In this document: positions 14,559-24,333 of the stretch, in pieces
How the letters are laid out: every line of letters starts with the position of its first letter
Position numbering within the stretch: position 1 is the first letter of the stretch
Assembly: GCA_036518915.1 (NCBI GenBank)
Contig: DATDME010000031.1
Location: 1-36,581 of the forward strand
Reading direction: 5' to 3'
Length of the DNA stretch: 36,581 bases
From: Candidatus Saccharimonadia bacterium
GTDB taxonomy: Bacteria; Patescibacteriota; Saccharimonadia; UBA4664
The notes under the pieces: generated by a model
Told to the model about the DNA's origin: nothing
The model's database searches: none
What the model saw: the letters and a program-made list of their open reading frames with translations, nothing else
Program-made: the position numbers and the translations under genes

Positions 14559-14818
14559 GTGTGCGCGTAATACACCACGTCAGCCAACTGCGGCAGGCCG
14601 TCTTGACCTTGCCAAACCTGCACTGGCGACCCGTCATCCCGCACCATCACAATTGCTGGCCGGCCCAGCACATCATAGTGCTGCGCCAGTTCAATGCCGC
14701 GCGGGCTATCAGCGTCTAGCAGCTCAACGCTTACCTGCTCTTGCTTCAGCGCTTCCGCCGTCTCGTTCGCCCAACGCCCAGCCGGCGTCCCCAGGTTATA
14801 CAAAAGGTAAGTCGTCAT
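14555..14818 (-). CDS. Small thioredoxin/glutaredoxin-fold-like protein lacking CxxC (87 aa)
   Basis: VSVELLDADSPRGIELAQHYDVLGRPAIVMVRDDGSPV resembles the Trx-fold core. The protein has no cysteine. ATGA overlap with yggT. TGTTATACT lies 7 nt upstream of the ATG. Confidence 0.6.
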   Translation of the reverse strand: MTTYLLYNLGTPAGRWANETAEALKQEQVSVELLDADSPRGIELAQHYDVLGRPAIVMVRDDGSPVQVWQGQDGLPQLADVVYYAHT

Positions 14819-14832
14819 TACAGTCAGTATAA

Positions 14833-14872
14833 CAAAAACCGGGTCACTAGCACCCTCCTCTAGTCACCCGGT
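14833..14872 (-). terminator. Intrinsic terminator after ftsZ
   Basis: Minus strand: ACCGGGUGACUAG-aggagggug-CUAGUGACCCGGU (13-bp stem, one mismatch) followed by UUUUUG. Confidence 0.6.
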
Positions 14873-14921
14873 TCAGTTTTTCTATAGTAGCTCAAGGGTT
14901 GGCCGCCGCCAATCTTGACTT

Positions 14922-16328
14922 TTAATCGACATTGCGCCGCATAAATGCTGGCACGTCTAAATCGTCCTCGTCCACCGGCAAGCCGAAATTAGCATTCGAC
15001 CGTGGTTCTGCCGCTGGCTTCGGCTGTACCGGTTCCACCGGCTCTTCATAATGCGGTTCGATAACTTCGGGGTGGTAGTTCGCCATGAAGGCCGGCTCAG
15101 CTTCAACATTGTTGTCTGGCTCAATTGACGCCAGCGGCGCAAACCGCCGCGGCGGCACCGGCTCAGCCGGCGGCACATTAAGCCGCACCGTTTCGGGCTC
15201 CGGCTGGGTTTGCGGCCGCTCATTAATAAACGGCTGGCGCGGCGCCGGCATAACCGGCGGGAAATACGGCTCGGGTTCTGGCTCGGGCTCCGGCTCAGGT
15301 TCTGGAGCCGGCGTCCGGTGCACCGGGCGCACCGGTTCATGCTCAGTAACTACGTGACGGATCTGCGGCCGCCGGCTCGAATCAAAACCCGTAGCCACCA
15401 CGGTTATCTGCAAATCGTCGTCCATCGCGTCATCCAGCACCGCGCCAAAGATGATGTTGGCGTCAGGGTCAACCGCATCCGTAATGGTCTTCGCCGCTTC
15501 ATCAATTTCGTGCATAGTCATGTTGCGGCCGCCGGTAATATTGAACAGCACGCCCCGGGCGCCCTCAATACTCGTCTCAAGCAGCGGCGAATCAATTGCC
15601 TGGCGGGCCGCCTCAATCGCCCGGTTATCGCCACCCGCCCGGCCAATACCCATCAGCGCCGAACCAGCGTTGCTCATAATAGCCTTCACGTCAGCAAAAT
15701 CGAGGTTAATCAAACCGTGAATGGTAATTAAGCTGGAAATGCCCTGTACGCCTTGCTGCAGCACTTCGTCGACAATCCCAAAGGCATCCACCAGCGAGGT
15801 CTTGCGGTCAATCATTTGCAACAGCCGGTCGTTCGGAATGGTAATGAGCGTGTCAACGCTATCGCGCAATTCCACGATACCCGCCTCGGCGCTGCGCCGC
15901 CGCCGCTCACCTTCAAAAGTGAAGGGCTTGGTCACAATCGCCACCACGAGCGCGCCGGCTTCCCGAGCCGCCGCCGCCACCAACGGCGCCGCGCCCGTGC
16001 CGGTACCACCGCCCTCGCCCAGCGTAATAAAGACCATGTCGGCGCCTTTGACGGCTTCGTAAAGCTCCTTCTCACTCTCCTCAGCGGCCTTGCGGCCCAC
16101 CTCCGGGTCGGCTCCCGCGCCCAGGCCACGCGTCGTCTCACGGCCAATGTGAATCTTGCTCTTGGCCTTTGAGTGGAGCAACGCTTGGGCGTCAGTATTG
16201 ACCGTCACAAACTCCACGCCCTGCATTTTGGCCTCAATCATCCGGTTGAGAGCCGAACCACCACCGCCACCTACGCCGATCACTTTAATCCTGGCTGAGG
16301 TATCAACCTCTGGTAGAATTTCTGCCAT
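14922..16328 (-). CDS. ftsZ: Cell division protein FtsZ with long Pro/Glu-rich linker
   Basis: [49 protein letters not shown]-terminal peptide [19 protein letters not shown]. Confidence 0.98.
   Translation of the reverse strand: MAEILPEVDTSARIKVIGVGGGGGSALNRMIEAKMQGVEFVTVNTDAQALLHSKAKSKIHIGRETTRGLGAGADPEVGRKAAEESEKELYEAVKGADMVFITLGEGGGTGTGAAPLVAAAAREAGALVVAIVTKPFTFEGERRRRSAEAGIVELRDSVDTLITIPNDRLLQMIDRKTSLVDAFGIVDEVLQQGVQGISSLITIHGLINLDFADVKAIMSNAGSALMGIGRAGGDNRAIEAARQAIDSPLLETSIEGARGVLFNITGGRNMTMHEIDEAAKTITDAVDPDANIIFGAVLDDAMDDDLQITVVATGFDSSRRPQIRHVVTEHEPVRPVHRTPAPEPEPEPEPEPEPYFPPVMPAPRQPFINERPQTQPEPETVRLNVPPAEPVPPRRFAPLASIEPDNNVEAEPAFMANYHPEVIEPHYEEPVEPVQPKPAAEPRSNANFGLPVDEDDLDVPAFMRRNVD
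15268..15312. repeat. GGYTCN hexanucleotide microsatellite encoding (PE)n in the FtsZ linker
   Basis: ggctcgggttctggctcgggctccggctcaggttctggagcc encodes [16 protein letters not shown] on the minus strand. Confidence 0.7.
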
Positions 16329-16350
16329 TCTGGTCGCTCCTTACCGCTCG

Positions 16351-16380
16351 ACTATACAACGGCCTGCTGGCAGCATGCAA
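16351..16380 (-). promoter_or_regulatory. Putative ftsZ promoter (TTGCAT-N18-TATAGT)
   Basis: Minus strand: -35 at 16375-16380 and -10 at 16351-16356, inside the AT-rich 230-nt ftsA-ftsZ spacer. Confidence 0.4.
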
Positions 16381-16494
16381 ATTAATTATTCAGCTTCATA
16401 AAGCATTTTTATCGAACAATGCATGTGCGCAATACTGCAAGTATTAACCTTTACACAGGCATACATACGCAGAATAAATTTTGAGCACCACATA

Positions 16495-16534
16495 TGAACA
16501 AAAAAGCCGCGGACACATTTTTTCCACAGCTTTT
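16495..16534 (-). terminator. Possible partial terminator after ftsA
   Basis: Minus strand: AAAAGCUGUGG-(11 nt)-CCGCGGCUUUU (11 bp including 2 G-U pairs) followed by UUUG. Confidence 0.4.
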
Positions 16535-16558
16535 GAGCTCAAATTTTCCTGGCATTGC

Positions 16559-17836
16559 TTAAGGCAGCAAATTCCGTAGCGTACGCTTGATTTTATCAAC
16601 CGTTTGGCCCAGGCCCGCCCCGGCCGCGGGCTCATCACGGGCAAACGTCATGTTCTCAAGCATCAGTCCAATCGGCGCCGCGAAAGCCGGATCGTTAATT
16701 CGATCGACAATCCCCGAGAAACCTTCCGGCTTGCCGATCACGGCTGGCAGTTCCAACAACTCCTTGGCCAAGTCATCGATGCCCGGCATTTTAGCGCCAC
16801 CACCCGTTAGAACAACGCCACCTGGCAGCATTAGGTCTTTGCCCACCTTGCGCAACTCAGCCCGCACCAGTTGAAAAATCTCGTCCAACCGTGCTCCAGC
16901 AATATTTTGCAGGTGCTTACGCGCAACCAGCATATCCTCGCCGCCCAGCTCGTCAATATGTATCTTTTCGGCCAAGCTGGCCTTAGGCGTATGCGCCCGG
17001 ACGTACTTAAGCTTGATCTTCTCGGCGGTGTCGATGTTTGTTTTCAACCCAATCGCCAAATCATTCGTAATGTGGCCGGCACCCACCGGAATGACGCTCG
17101 AATACAAAATATCGCCCTCTTCGTAGACCGCCACGCCAGTTGTGCCCGCGCCAATGTCAATCAAGGCCACCCCCAACTCTTTTTGACGCTTTGTGAGTAC
17201 AGCGCGGGCAGCCGCCAGCGGCACCAACACCTGGCCCTGGATGGCAATGCCCGCCTGGTGGATACTGCGGTCGAGGTTTTTAATCGCCGGCACCGAGCCA
17301 GTTATAATATGCGATTCCACTTCGAGGCGGACCCCGTGCATCCCCACCGGATCTTTCACGTTTTGCTGGCTGTCCACCGCATACGACCGCGGGAATACCT
17401 GGATAATCTCACGGTTCGGCAGCATTTGAATGGCCGTAGCCGCTTCTTCCACCCGCATGACGTCCTCAATGGTGATTTCTTGGTCAGCCCGGCCCACCGC
17501 AATCACGCCCTTTGAATTCTGGCTGGCCACGTGCATACCGTCGATGGATATAGTCGCCCGATCAATCGCCACGCCCGAAATCCGCTCAGCTTCATCCACA
17601 GCCGCCGAAATCGAAGTCACCGTTTCTTCAACGTCGACCACCACGCCCTTGCGCATACCACTGGTTGGCGCCAAGCCCACCCCAATGACGCTCGGCAAAG
17701 CCGCGCCTTCTTCATGCAGACCCACGATGCAGCAAACCTTAGTGCTACCGACATCCAGACCAATGTAAACTTCTTCACGCTGTTGTTTTGCCGACACGAC
17801 GAGTTCGATCCTTTTGGCGTTGCTTCCTGCTATCAA
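16559..17836 (-). CDS. ftsA: Cell division protein FtsA
   Basis: VYIGLDVGSTKVCCIVG and the actin-like fold motif IDIGAGTTGVAVY. The start is uncertain: the track start is TTG 1 nt after a TATAGT box, and a GTG 13 codons downstream is equally plausible. Confidence 0.93.
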   Translation of the reverse strand: MIAGSNAKRIELVVSAKQQREEVYIGLDVGSTKVCCIVGLHEEGAALPSVIGVGLAPTSGMRKGVVVDVEETVTSISAAVDEAERISGVAIDRATISIDGMHVASQNSKGVIAVGRADQEITIEDVMRVEEAATAIQMLPNREIIQVFPRSYAVDSQQNVKDPVGMHGVRLEVESHIITGSVPAIKNLDRSIHQAGIAIQGQVLVPLAAARAVLTKRQKELGVALIDIGAGTTGVAVYEEGDILYSSVIPVGAGHITNDLAIGLKTNIDTAEKIKLKYVRAHTPKASLAEKIHIDELGGEDMLVARKHLQNIAGARLDEIFQLVRAELRKVGKDLMLPGGVVLTGGGAKMPGIDDLAKELLELPAVIGKPEGFSGIVDRINDPAFAAPIGLMLENMTFARDEPAAGAGLGQTVDKIKRTLRNLLP

Positions 17837-17906
17837 TACTATATTGCTCGCGGCCGAACATCAACGGCCGCTGGTTTGAACAAAAAAATTATTCGGGATC
17901 ATGCAC

Positions 17907-18674
17907 CTATACGGTAAGGATTTCAGCGCCGTCTGGTAAAACCAGTACCGTGTGTTCAAAATGCGCGCTCAGGCTGCCGTCGGCGGTTTTAATGGTCCAG
18001 CCGTCATCGGCCACATAAATCCGATGGTCGCCTAATGTCGCCATCGGCTCAATGGCAATTGACATGCCCGCGCGCAATTTGGGCCCGGTGCCGGCGCGGC
18101 CAAAGTTCAAAATCGTCGGGTCTTCGTGTACCTGGTCGCCCACACCGTGGCCGCTCAACTCGCGGACAATGCCCAGCTTGTCCCGCCGTAGCCGCCGCTC
18201 CACCGCCGCCGAAATATCACCGACCCGCGCATCACCCCGCACCGCCGCGATACCCGCCGCCAGGGCCTCCTCGGTCGCCGCCAAGAGCCGCTTGACGGCT
18301 GGCGTCGGCGCATCGCCCACCACCACGGTAATGGCGCCATCGGTCATCATGCCCTCATAATTTACGCCAAAATCTAGGCCCACCACATCACCTTCGCGTA
18401 ATTCGCGCCGGCCAGGAATGCCATGAACCACTTCATCATTCACCGACACGCACAACACCGCTGGATACGGTGGCATCCGACGATCCGGCTGATAACCCAG
18501 GAAGGTCGGCTTGGCGCCCTGCGCGGCCAGCTCGCGCGCTGCCAGCTCGTTGAGCTCACCAGTGGTTTGGCCCGGCGCCAATTGCGCTTTGAGCAGGCGC
18601 AGAGTAGCCGCCAAAATGGCACCGCTCTGACGCAGCCGGTCAATTTCGGCCGCGTTCTTCACCCGGTTCATCAT
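17907..18674 (-). CDS. map: Type I methionyl aminopeptidase
   Basis: VVHGIPG, GDVVGLDFG, GHGVGDQVHEDP, IAIEPM, EHTVLV metal-ligand motifs. Confidence 0.95.
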   Translation of the reverse strand: MMNRVKNAAEIDRLRQSGAILAATLRLLKAQLAPGQTTGELNELAARELAAQGAKPTFLGYQPDRRMPPYPAVLCVSVNDEVVHGIPGRRELREGDVVGLDFGVNYEGMMTDGAITVVVGDAPTPAVKRLLAATEEALAAGIAAVRGDARVGDISAAVERRLRRDKLGIVRELSGHGVGDQVHEDPTILNFGRAGTGPKLRAGMSIAIEPMATLGDHRIYVADDGWTIKTADGSLSAHFEHTVLVLPDGAEILTV

Positions 18675-19201
18675 CGCATGACATCCTCAATCCGGTCACG
18701 CACCTCTTCAAACGTACCGCTACCATCAACGACAGTAAGTAAGCCCATTGCGCGGTAATGTTCCACGACCGGCAGGGTGAACCGCTCGTACGCGGCCCAC
18801 TTGCGTTTGATTGCTTCGGCCCCGTCGTCCTGACGGTCACGCAGCTTCAGCCGCTCCATAATGGTGTCACGTTTAACATCCAGCAAAATCACCCGCCGCA
18901 AGGTTCGGCCGTGCTTGAGTAATTCGTGGTCAATCCAATGGACATTGCTCTGAGTCCGCGGAAAACCGTCGAGCACAATCGGCTTTGATTGGGCAATGCC
19001 GTCAATGACTTCGCCAACCACCTCTTCCACCTGCTCCGCCGGCACTAAATTACCGCTCGCCATGAGCGGTGCGGTCTTGGGGTGCTCGCGCAATAGGTGT
19101 CCACTTGAAAGATGTACGCCATGCAAATCCCGCGCAATAAGCTCACCCTGCGACGACTTACCCGAGCCCGTCGGCCCCATCAAAATAATTAGGTCCCCCA
19201 T
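18671..19201 (-). CDS. adk: Adenylate kinase (short form, no zinc lid)
   Basis: MGDLIILMGPTGSGKSSQGELIA P-loop. GGAGG lies 5 nt upstream of ATG 19201, so the 19213 ATG in the track was not used. ATGA overlap with map. Confidence 0.9.
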   Translation of the reverse strand: MGDLIILMGPTGSGKSSQGELIARDLHGVHLSSGHLLREHPKTAPLMASGNLVPAEQVEEVVGEVIDGIAQSKPIVLDGFPRTQSNVHWIDHELLKHGRTLRRVILLDVKRDTIMERLKLRDRQDDGAEAIKRKWAAYERFTLPVVEHYRAMGLLTVVDGSGTFEEVRDRIEDVMR

Positions 19202-19608
19202 AGTGTCCTCCATATATGTGGCACAAAGATCACTAAACCGATGAATAATGCCGCCACCGCCGCCACCAGCACTGCGCCCGCCGACATGTCTTTGATAATC
19301 TTAATGCGCGGATTTTCCTCAAGGTCAATGAGGTCCAAAGTTCGCTCAATCGCCGTATTAAACATCTCCGAAAGAAACACGATGATCACCGCGAAGAACA
19401 CGGCCGCCAGCTCGTCATCCGAAAGATGCAGCAGCACACCCAACAGCGCCGCCGCCACCGCAAACCACAGGTGCACCCGGGCGTTGCGTTCGTGCTTAAT
19501 GACATGCAAAACACCATGAATGGCATGTAACATACCGTCAAGAAAACTGCCCTGCGCCCGGGGGTGTACCCGAACGGCATGGTCATCAACCGGCGCTACT
19601 TTACTCAT
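19189..19608 (-). CDS. dgkA: Diacylglycerol/undecaprenol kinase family protein
   Basis: HERNARVHL...FLSEMFNTAIERTLDLI...IKDMSAGAVLVAAV is the DgkA pattern, with three TM helices. Confidence 0.85.
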   Translation of the reverse strand: MSKVAPVDDHAVRVHPRAQGSFLDGMLHAIHGVLHVIKHERNARVHLWFAVAAALLGVLLHLSDDELAAVFFAVIIVFLSEMFNTAIERTLDLIDLEENPRIKIIKDMSAGAVLVAAVAALFIGLVIFVPHIWRTLWGT

Positions 19609-20060
19609 GCTGCGCCACCCGCTAGCCGCTCGCGCACCAGCTTAGAAACTGTACCACCATCAGCCCGCGTCCCCACCTGCTGCATCACCTGGCCAATCAC
19701 GACGCCCATTTGCTTCATATCGGTCGCGCCAACCTGAGCCACCACGGCGTCAATCAACTGGCGCAACTCGGTCTCGTCCATGGCTTGCGGTAGATATTCG
19801 GCGATGATCTTTTGCTCGGCCGCCTCGGCCTCGGCGAGCTCAGAGCGCCCGGCCGCCGTATAGGCCTCAATGGAATCTTTGCGCTGCTTCACCTCGCGGG
19901 CCAGCACTTTCAGCACTTCATCGTCACCGAGCGGGTGGCCCACCTTAATTTCTTCATTCTTAATGGCGCCCCGCACCAGACGCAATACTCCGGTACGATC
20001 AGCCGTGCCAGCCTTCATGCTGGACTTCATATCTTCGGTTAAACGTTCTTGAAGAGTCAT
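19605..20060 (-). CDS. yqeY: GatB/YqeY domain protein
   Basis: MTLQERLTEDMKSSMKAG...LRLVRGAIKNEEI...EAEQKIIAEYLP...MGVVIGQVM. Start taken at ATG 20060, not the longer track ORF. Confidence 0.85.
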   Translation of the reverse strand: MTLQERLTEDMKSSMKAGTADRTGVLRLVRGAIKNEEIKVGHPLGDDEVLKVLAREVKQRKDSIEAYTAAGRSELAEAEAAEQKIIAEYLPQAMDETELRQLIDAVVAQVGATDMKQMGVVIGQVMQQVGTRADGGTVSKLVRERLAGGAA

Positions 20061-20146
20061 ACCGGTATTGTACCTGTTTAGCAGTTTGGACGCACACTTC
20101 AGGGAGATTACGATGCCGTCGTATGCGATAGACAAGGAAGCTCCAC

Positions 20147-20171
20147 GAAAAAAGGCCCGAAGGCCCTTTTA
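20147..20171 (-). terminator. Intrinsic terminator after rpsU (UUCG tetraloop)
   Basis: Minus strand: AAAAGGGCC-UUCG-GGCCUUUUUU, immediately after the rpsU stop. Confidence 0.75.
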
Positions 20172-20172
20172 C

Positions 20173-20382
20173 TTAGCGACCGAGGTAAGCTTTCGCCTTA
20201 GCGGCCTTGCGCGCTGATTTGCGGATAGCGATTTCGCGCTGAGCCCGTTTGGTCAGCGGCTTCTCGAAGTATTTGCCGCGCCGGGCAATACCTAACACAC
20301 CAGATTGCTGCACTTTTTTGTTAAAGCGCCGAATCATGTTCTCCAACGACTCTTTGTCGTCTTTACGAGTTACTTGAAGCAT
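20173..20382 (-). CDS. rpsU: 30S ribosomal protein S21
   Basis: ESLENMIRRFNKKVQQSGVL...YFEKPLTKRAQREIAIRKSARK. SD AGGAGGTG. TGGTATCAT extended -10 at 20437-20445. Confidence 0.95.
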   Translation of the reverse strand: MLQVTRKDDKESLENMIRRFNKKVQQSGVLGIARRGKYFEKPLTKRAQREIAIRKSARKAAKAKAYLGR

Positions 20383-20457
20383 AAAATCACCTCCTTTCTA
20401 TCGAAAAATCAGCGACAGTTAGCCGTCACCCCGGAAATGATACCAGATTAAGGCTAA

Positions 20458-20786
20458 CTAGTCCAGCGGCAAGCCGTCGTTACGGCCCAAGACATGCAGG
20501 TGCAGATGATACACTACCTGACCGCCCTTCTCACCCACATTCACCAGTAACCGCCATGATGCTTTGACATGAGAGTCATGCGCCACTTTGCGAGCGGTCA
20601 TCAGCAGCTCCCCCGCCAGCATTGGGTCATCGAGCTCATCCAAGCTCTTTACGTGACGCTTTGGCACACCAACAGATGAGTCGGCGCTTCAGGATCAATA
20701 CTTTTAAATACCGCCACCTGGTCATTTGACCACACCAGTTTAGCTGGGTCGCCATTGGCAATTGAGCAAAATATGCAATCTTCCAT
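20458..20786 (-). pseudogene. HIT-family (HinT-like) hydrolase interrupted by a 1-nt deletion
   Basis: MEDCIFCSIANGDPAKLVWSNDQVAVFKSIDPEAPTHLLV (frame 1) continues as PKRHVKSLDELDD...GGQVVYHLHLHVLG (the -1 frame). Junction at CTGTTGGTGTGCCAAAG (~20663-20670), where GTGGTGCC would be expected. Confidence 0.8.
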
Positions 20787-20888
20787 GGCTCTCATCATAT
20801 CAGACCTCAGCGCCATATGTCGCTTAAGCTTGCCTTTTTCTCGATCTGAGCGCAAAATAGGCCCGGATTTATATCTGGAATTTACGCT

Positions 20889-21521
20889 ATGCCAATTATC
20901 CGTTGGTGCCGCTACCATTGGGCCAATCTGACACTCCGCCAAACCTGTGGCTTGGCGATTGGTTTAATGATGTTGCTCAACGGCTGGCAGGTGGCGCGAG
21001 CCGCCACCACCCGACCGCCCGCCACCAGCTCGCACGCCAGCTATAGCCTCACCGTCGACGGCCGACTCACCACCCTCAGCTTCGACCACAGCCTCAGCAC
21101 CGCGCCAGTCACGCCGTCCGACGCGGCCGCCACCACGTTGCGGGCCGCCGGCCTCAGTGCCGAGTTTACCCAGCTCTACCTCGACGCCGCCGCCGCGACC
21201 GGCACGCCCTGGCAACTGCTGGCGGCCGTGCACTACGCCGAGACCCGGCAAAGCGGAAGCACCAGCCGCCAATCCCCGGCCGGCGCGGTCGGCCCCATGC
21301 AATTTTTGCCGGCCACCTTCGCCGTCTACGGCCTCGACGCCGACCACAACGGCCGCCGCGACATCACCAACGTCACCGACGCCGTCTACTCGGCCGGACG
21401 CTACCTGGCGGCCAACGGCGCGGCCCGTGGCCAATACATTGCCGCCCTCTTGGTATACAACCACTCTGATAGCTACGCCAGCTCGGTCCTAGCAACAGCC
21501 CGCCGCCTCGGTCTGAACTAG
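20889..21521 (+). CDS. Lytic transglycosylase-domain protein (membrane-anchored/secreted)
   Basis: AVHYAETRQSG...GAVGPMQFLPATFAVYGLDADHNGRRDITNVTDAVYSAGRYLAANG...YNHSDSYASSVL is the SLT/MltB-like pattern. N-terminal hydrophobic anchor. Confidence 0.8.
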   Translation: MPIIRWCRYHWANLTLRQTCGLAIGLMMLLNGWQVARAATTRPPATSSHASYSLTVDGRLTTLSFDHSLSTAPVTPSDAAATTLRAAGLSAEFTQLYLDAAAATGTPWQLLAAVHYAETRQSGSTSRQSPAGAVGPMQFLPATFAVYGLDADHNGRRDITNVTDAVYSAGRYLAANGAARGQYIAALLVYNHSDSYASSVLATARRLGLN

Positions 21522-21571
21522 CCTCGCCAAAACGCTTGTGGTTCGGCTAGTATTACCGCTATGCTTAAGCT

Positions 21572-22246
21572 ATGTTGGCTTTATTTGCCTGCTTTTCTCC
21601 ACCCGTCATGCTTGGCACAATTATCACCGAGTGGAGCCTGGCCGCCTTGGTCATCTTGCACTACCGCCTGACCCTCAGCCGGCGCCTCATCGTCTTTATG
21701 CTCATCTGCCTAGGCGGTTTTCAGCTCGCTGAGTACAGTGTGTGCGGACACTACGGCTACAGCCTGCTATGGTCCCGGCTCGGCTACATCCTCATCACTC
21801 TCTTGCCCGCCCTCGGCATCCATTTAGTAGCCAGCCTCAGCCAAGCCCGTACTCAACTCGTTTTTGTGCCCTACACACTAGCCGCCACCTTCGCCGGGTT
21901 ATTTGCCGTGCTGCCCAACAACCTCAACCAGAGTGTCTGCACTGGTAACTACATCATCTTTCAGCTTAACCCGGTATTAGGACGACTCTGGGGTTGGTAC
22001 TACCTGGCCGCCATCACCACCGGATTACTGCTGACGGCCAACGGCGCGGCGTCTGGCCGGGCCAAGAGCCGGCCGGCCTTATTTTGGCTGGCCATTGGCT
22101 ATCTCAGCTTTATGCTGCCCTCACTCATCATTTACTGGGTAGCGCCGGCCACCGGCCTCGGCATGCCCTCAATTATGTGCGGCTTTGCGTTAGGGCTGGC
22201 CATAGTGCTGGGCTTCAAAATCGCCCCCGCCACCCCCGAGCGCTAG
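21572..22246 (+). CDS. Polytopic membrane protein, unknown function (about 7 TM)
   Basis: 224 aa, hydrophobic throughout, with regularly spaced helices. No motif recognised. Confidence 0.6.
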   Translation: MLALFACFSPPVMLGTIITEWSLAALVILHYRLTLSRRLIVFMLICLGGFQLAEYSVCGHYGYSLLWSRLGYILITLLPALGIHLVASLSQARTQLVFVPYTLAATFAGLFAVLPNNLNQSVCTGNYIIFQLNPVLGRLWGWYYLAAITTGLLLTANGAASGRAKSRPALFWLAIGYLSFMLPSLIIYWVAPATGLGMPSIMCGFALGLAIVLGFKIAPATPER

Positions 22247-22998
22247 CGCGTTTCTTTGGCCATAAAGTCTTTAACGCTCGCAATCGTGTCCATAAATTGC
22301 GATGGAAAGATGATGGTGGAATTTTTCTCGGTTGCAATCTCAGTTAGCACTTGCAAGTTCCGCAGTTGCAGCGCAATGGGGTGCGACTGGATAATATCGG
22401 CTGCCTCACCCAGTTTGGCAGCACTTTCAAACTCACCCTGAGCCGCAATGATCTTGGCCCGCTTTTCGCGCTCGGCTTCGGCCTGCTTGGCCATGGCCCG
22501 CTGCATCGTGTCAGGCAATTGAATGTCCTTGAGTTCCACGCGCGACAGCTCCACGCCCCACTGTTCAATCGTCGTCTCCAAAATATTCTTGACCAGCTCG
22601 TTGATCTTATCGGTGTTAGCCAGCACCTCATCGAGCGGATGTTGGCCCACAATGTTGCGCACCGTGGTCTGTGAAATCTGGTTAATGGCCACCATCACGT
22701 TGTCAATCGCCACCAGCGACTTCACCGGCTCTACCACCCGGTAGTACGCCACCGCCGCCACATCAATGGACACGTTGTCCTTGGTAATGACTTTCTGCGA
22801 CGGGATCGGCATGGTAATAATGCGCATGTTGACTTTGCGCATTACATCAATGAATGGAATGATCAACCGCAGCCCTGGCTCTTGCACCGTGCGCTGCACG
22901 CGGCCCAACCGAAACACCACGCCACGTTCGTACTGCTGCACGATGCGCAGTCCAGTGAGCAAAATTACGACCACAACTACAATCAGACCGATGAGCAT
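22243..22998 (-). CDS. SPFH/Band 7 (stomatin-like) protein
   Basis: N-terminal TM, then [14 protein letters not shown]...[18 protein letters not shown]...[40 protein letters not shown]. Confidence 0.9.
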   Translation of the reverse strand: MLIGLIVVVVVILLTGLRIVQQYERGVVFRLGRVQRTVQEPGLRLIIPFIDVMRKVNMRIITMPIPSQKVITKDNVSIDVAAVAYYRVVEPVKSLVAIDNVMVAINQISQTTVRNIVGQHPLDEVLANTDKINELVKNILETTIEQWGVELSRVELKDIQLPDTMQRAMAKQAEAEREKRAKIIAAQGEFESAAKLGEAADIIQSHPIALQLRNLQVLTEIATEKNSTIIFPSQFMDTIASVKDFMAKETR

Positions 22999-23055
22999 GT
23001 TTCGCTCCTCCCGCTTTCTGGAGGAATTTTGCGCTTACCTCACAAGATTTGCAAG

Positions 23056-24333
23056 CTAAGCGACGCCAAACCGCTGGCGCAGCTCGGCCACAATTGACGC
23101 CAACGGAATGATTTCCTGGGCATGCGAGGCCATATCGCGCAAAATCACCGTTTCCTCACGGACCTCTTTTTGGCCAATAATCAGCGCGTATGGCACGCCC
23201 AACTTGTCGGCCCGGCCGAGCTGCACGCCAATGCCGTCCTTATCAACCGAGCCCACCGCGCTCACGCCGCCGTCGAGCAGCTGCTGCTGCAGCCGAAAAG
23301 CCGCTAACCGCGCCGGCTCGCCGAGGCTTGCCACGTAGACCTGCTTCTTTGGCGTTGGCGCTGGCACAACGCCAGCCGCTTCCATCTCCAAGATTACCCG
23401 TTCAATACCAGCGCCAAAACCGACGGCCGGCGTCGGCTGACCACCCAGCTGCTCCACCAGTAAGTCGTAGCGACCGCCCCCGCCCAGAGCAGCCTGTGAG
23501 CCCTCGCGTTCGCCATAAAACTCAAAGACCGTCCGGGTGTAATAATCGAGCCCACGTACCAGCAGCGGATTGAGGTCATACTGCATACCCAAGTCGTCCA
23601 GATACTCCAAGACACCCGAAAAGTGTGCCTGGCAATCGCCACACAAATAGTTCAGGGTTTGCGGTACATCACGCAGCACCTCCCGCGTATTGGCCTCCTT
23701 AGAGTCAAGCACTCGCAGTGGATTCTTGGCTAGACGCTCGCGATCTATATCGGCCAGATGCTTGTCATGCGCCGTCAGGTATTCCACCAAAGCCTTGCGA
23801 TATTTTGGTCGGCAAGCCTGATCACCAACGGAATTGAGCTGCAGGCTGACATTAGGTAACCGCAGACGCTTAAACACTCGAGCCAACGCTATAATCAGCT
23901 GGGCATCGGTGCTGGGATGCGGGTCACCAATCACCTCGGCATCCATTTGCTTATGCTGCCGGTACCGACCCTCCTGCGGCCGATCGTAGCGAAAAACCTC
24001 TTCTAGGAGATAGAGCTTCACCGGCTGGGGCCACGAGCCCATACCGTTTTCAATATAAGACCGAATCACCCCAGCGGTACACTCCGGTCGCAGCGCCAAC
24101 CGCTTACCGCCCCGGTCCTCAAAGCTATACAACTCCTTATCAACGACATCGGTTCCCTCGCCTACCGAGCGCACATACAAGCCCTCATCCTCCAAGACGG
24201 GCGTCTCAAGCCGGCCGTAACCGGCGTCTTCAAATGTTCGCCGGAACGTATCCATCACGTAATCAAAAATGGCGCGACGATCGGGCAACAGGTCATACAT
24301 GCCCCGTACGGATTGGATCTGCTGTTTCGCCAC
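23056..24333 (-). CDS. hisS: Histidine--tRNA ligase
   Basis: VRGMYDLLPD, FRYDRPQEGRYRQHKQMDAEVIG, GGGRYD, GFGAGIERV. Start taken at GTG 24333 (GAAGGAG 8 nt upstream) rather than the track start 24414. Confidence 0.95.
   Translation of the reverse strand: MAKQQIQSVRGMYDLLPDRRAIFDYVMDTFRRTFEDAGYGRLETPVLEDEGLYVRSVGEGTDVVDKELYSFEDRGGKRLALRPECTAGVIRSYIENGMGSWPQPVKLYLLEEVFRYDRPQEGRYRQHKQMDAEVIGDPHPSTDAQLIIALARVFKRLRLPNVSLQLNSVGDQACRPKYRKALVEYLTAHDKHLADIDRERLAKNPLRVLDSKEANTREVLRDVPQTLNYLCGDCQAHFSGVLEYLDDLGMQYDLNPLLVRGLDYYTRTVFEFYGEREGSQAALGGGGRYDLLVEQLGGQPTPAVGFGAGIERVILEMEAAGVVPAPTPKKQVYVASLGEPARLAAFRLQQQLLDGGVSAVGSVDKDGIGVQLGRADKLGVPYALIIGQKEVREETVILRDMASHAQEIIPLASIVAELRQRFGVA

Noticed and set aside
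14555-14818. The 87-aa gene downstream of ftsZ considered as SepF.
   Set aside because: It is too short, and its sequence pattern fits a Trx-like alpha/beta core rather than the SepF C-terminal domain.
16444-16644. 66-aa ORF in the ftsA-ftsZ spacer.
   Set aside because: It overlaps the ftsA 3' end out of frame, is Cys-rich and low-complexity, and covers a terminator-like hairpin and promoter-like AT-rich DNA.
20787-20888. Possible riboswitch (for example the ydaO/c-di-AMP type) upstream of the lytic transglycosylase gene.
   Set aside because: The spacer is only about 100 nt and is shared with the divergent HIT promoter. I found no conserved riboswitch core motifs.
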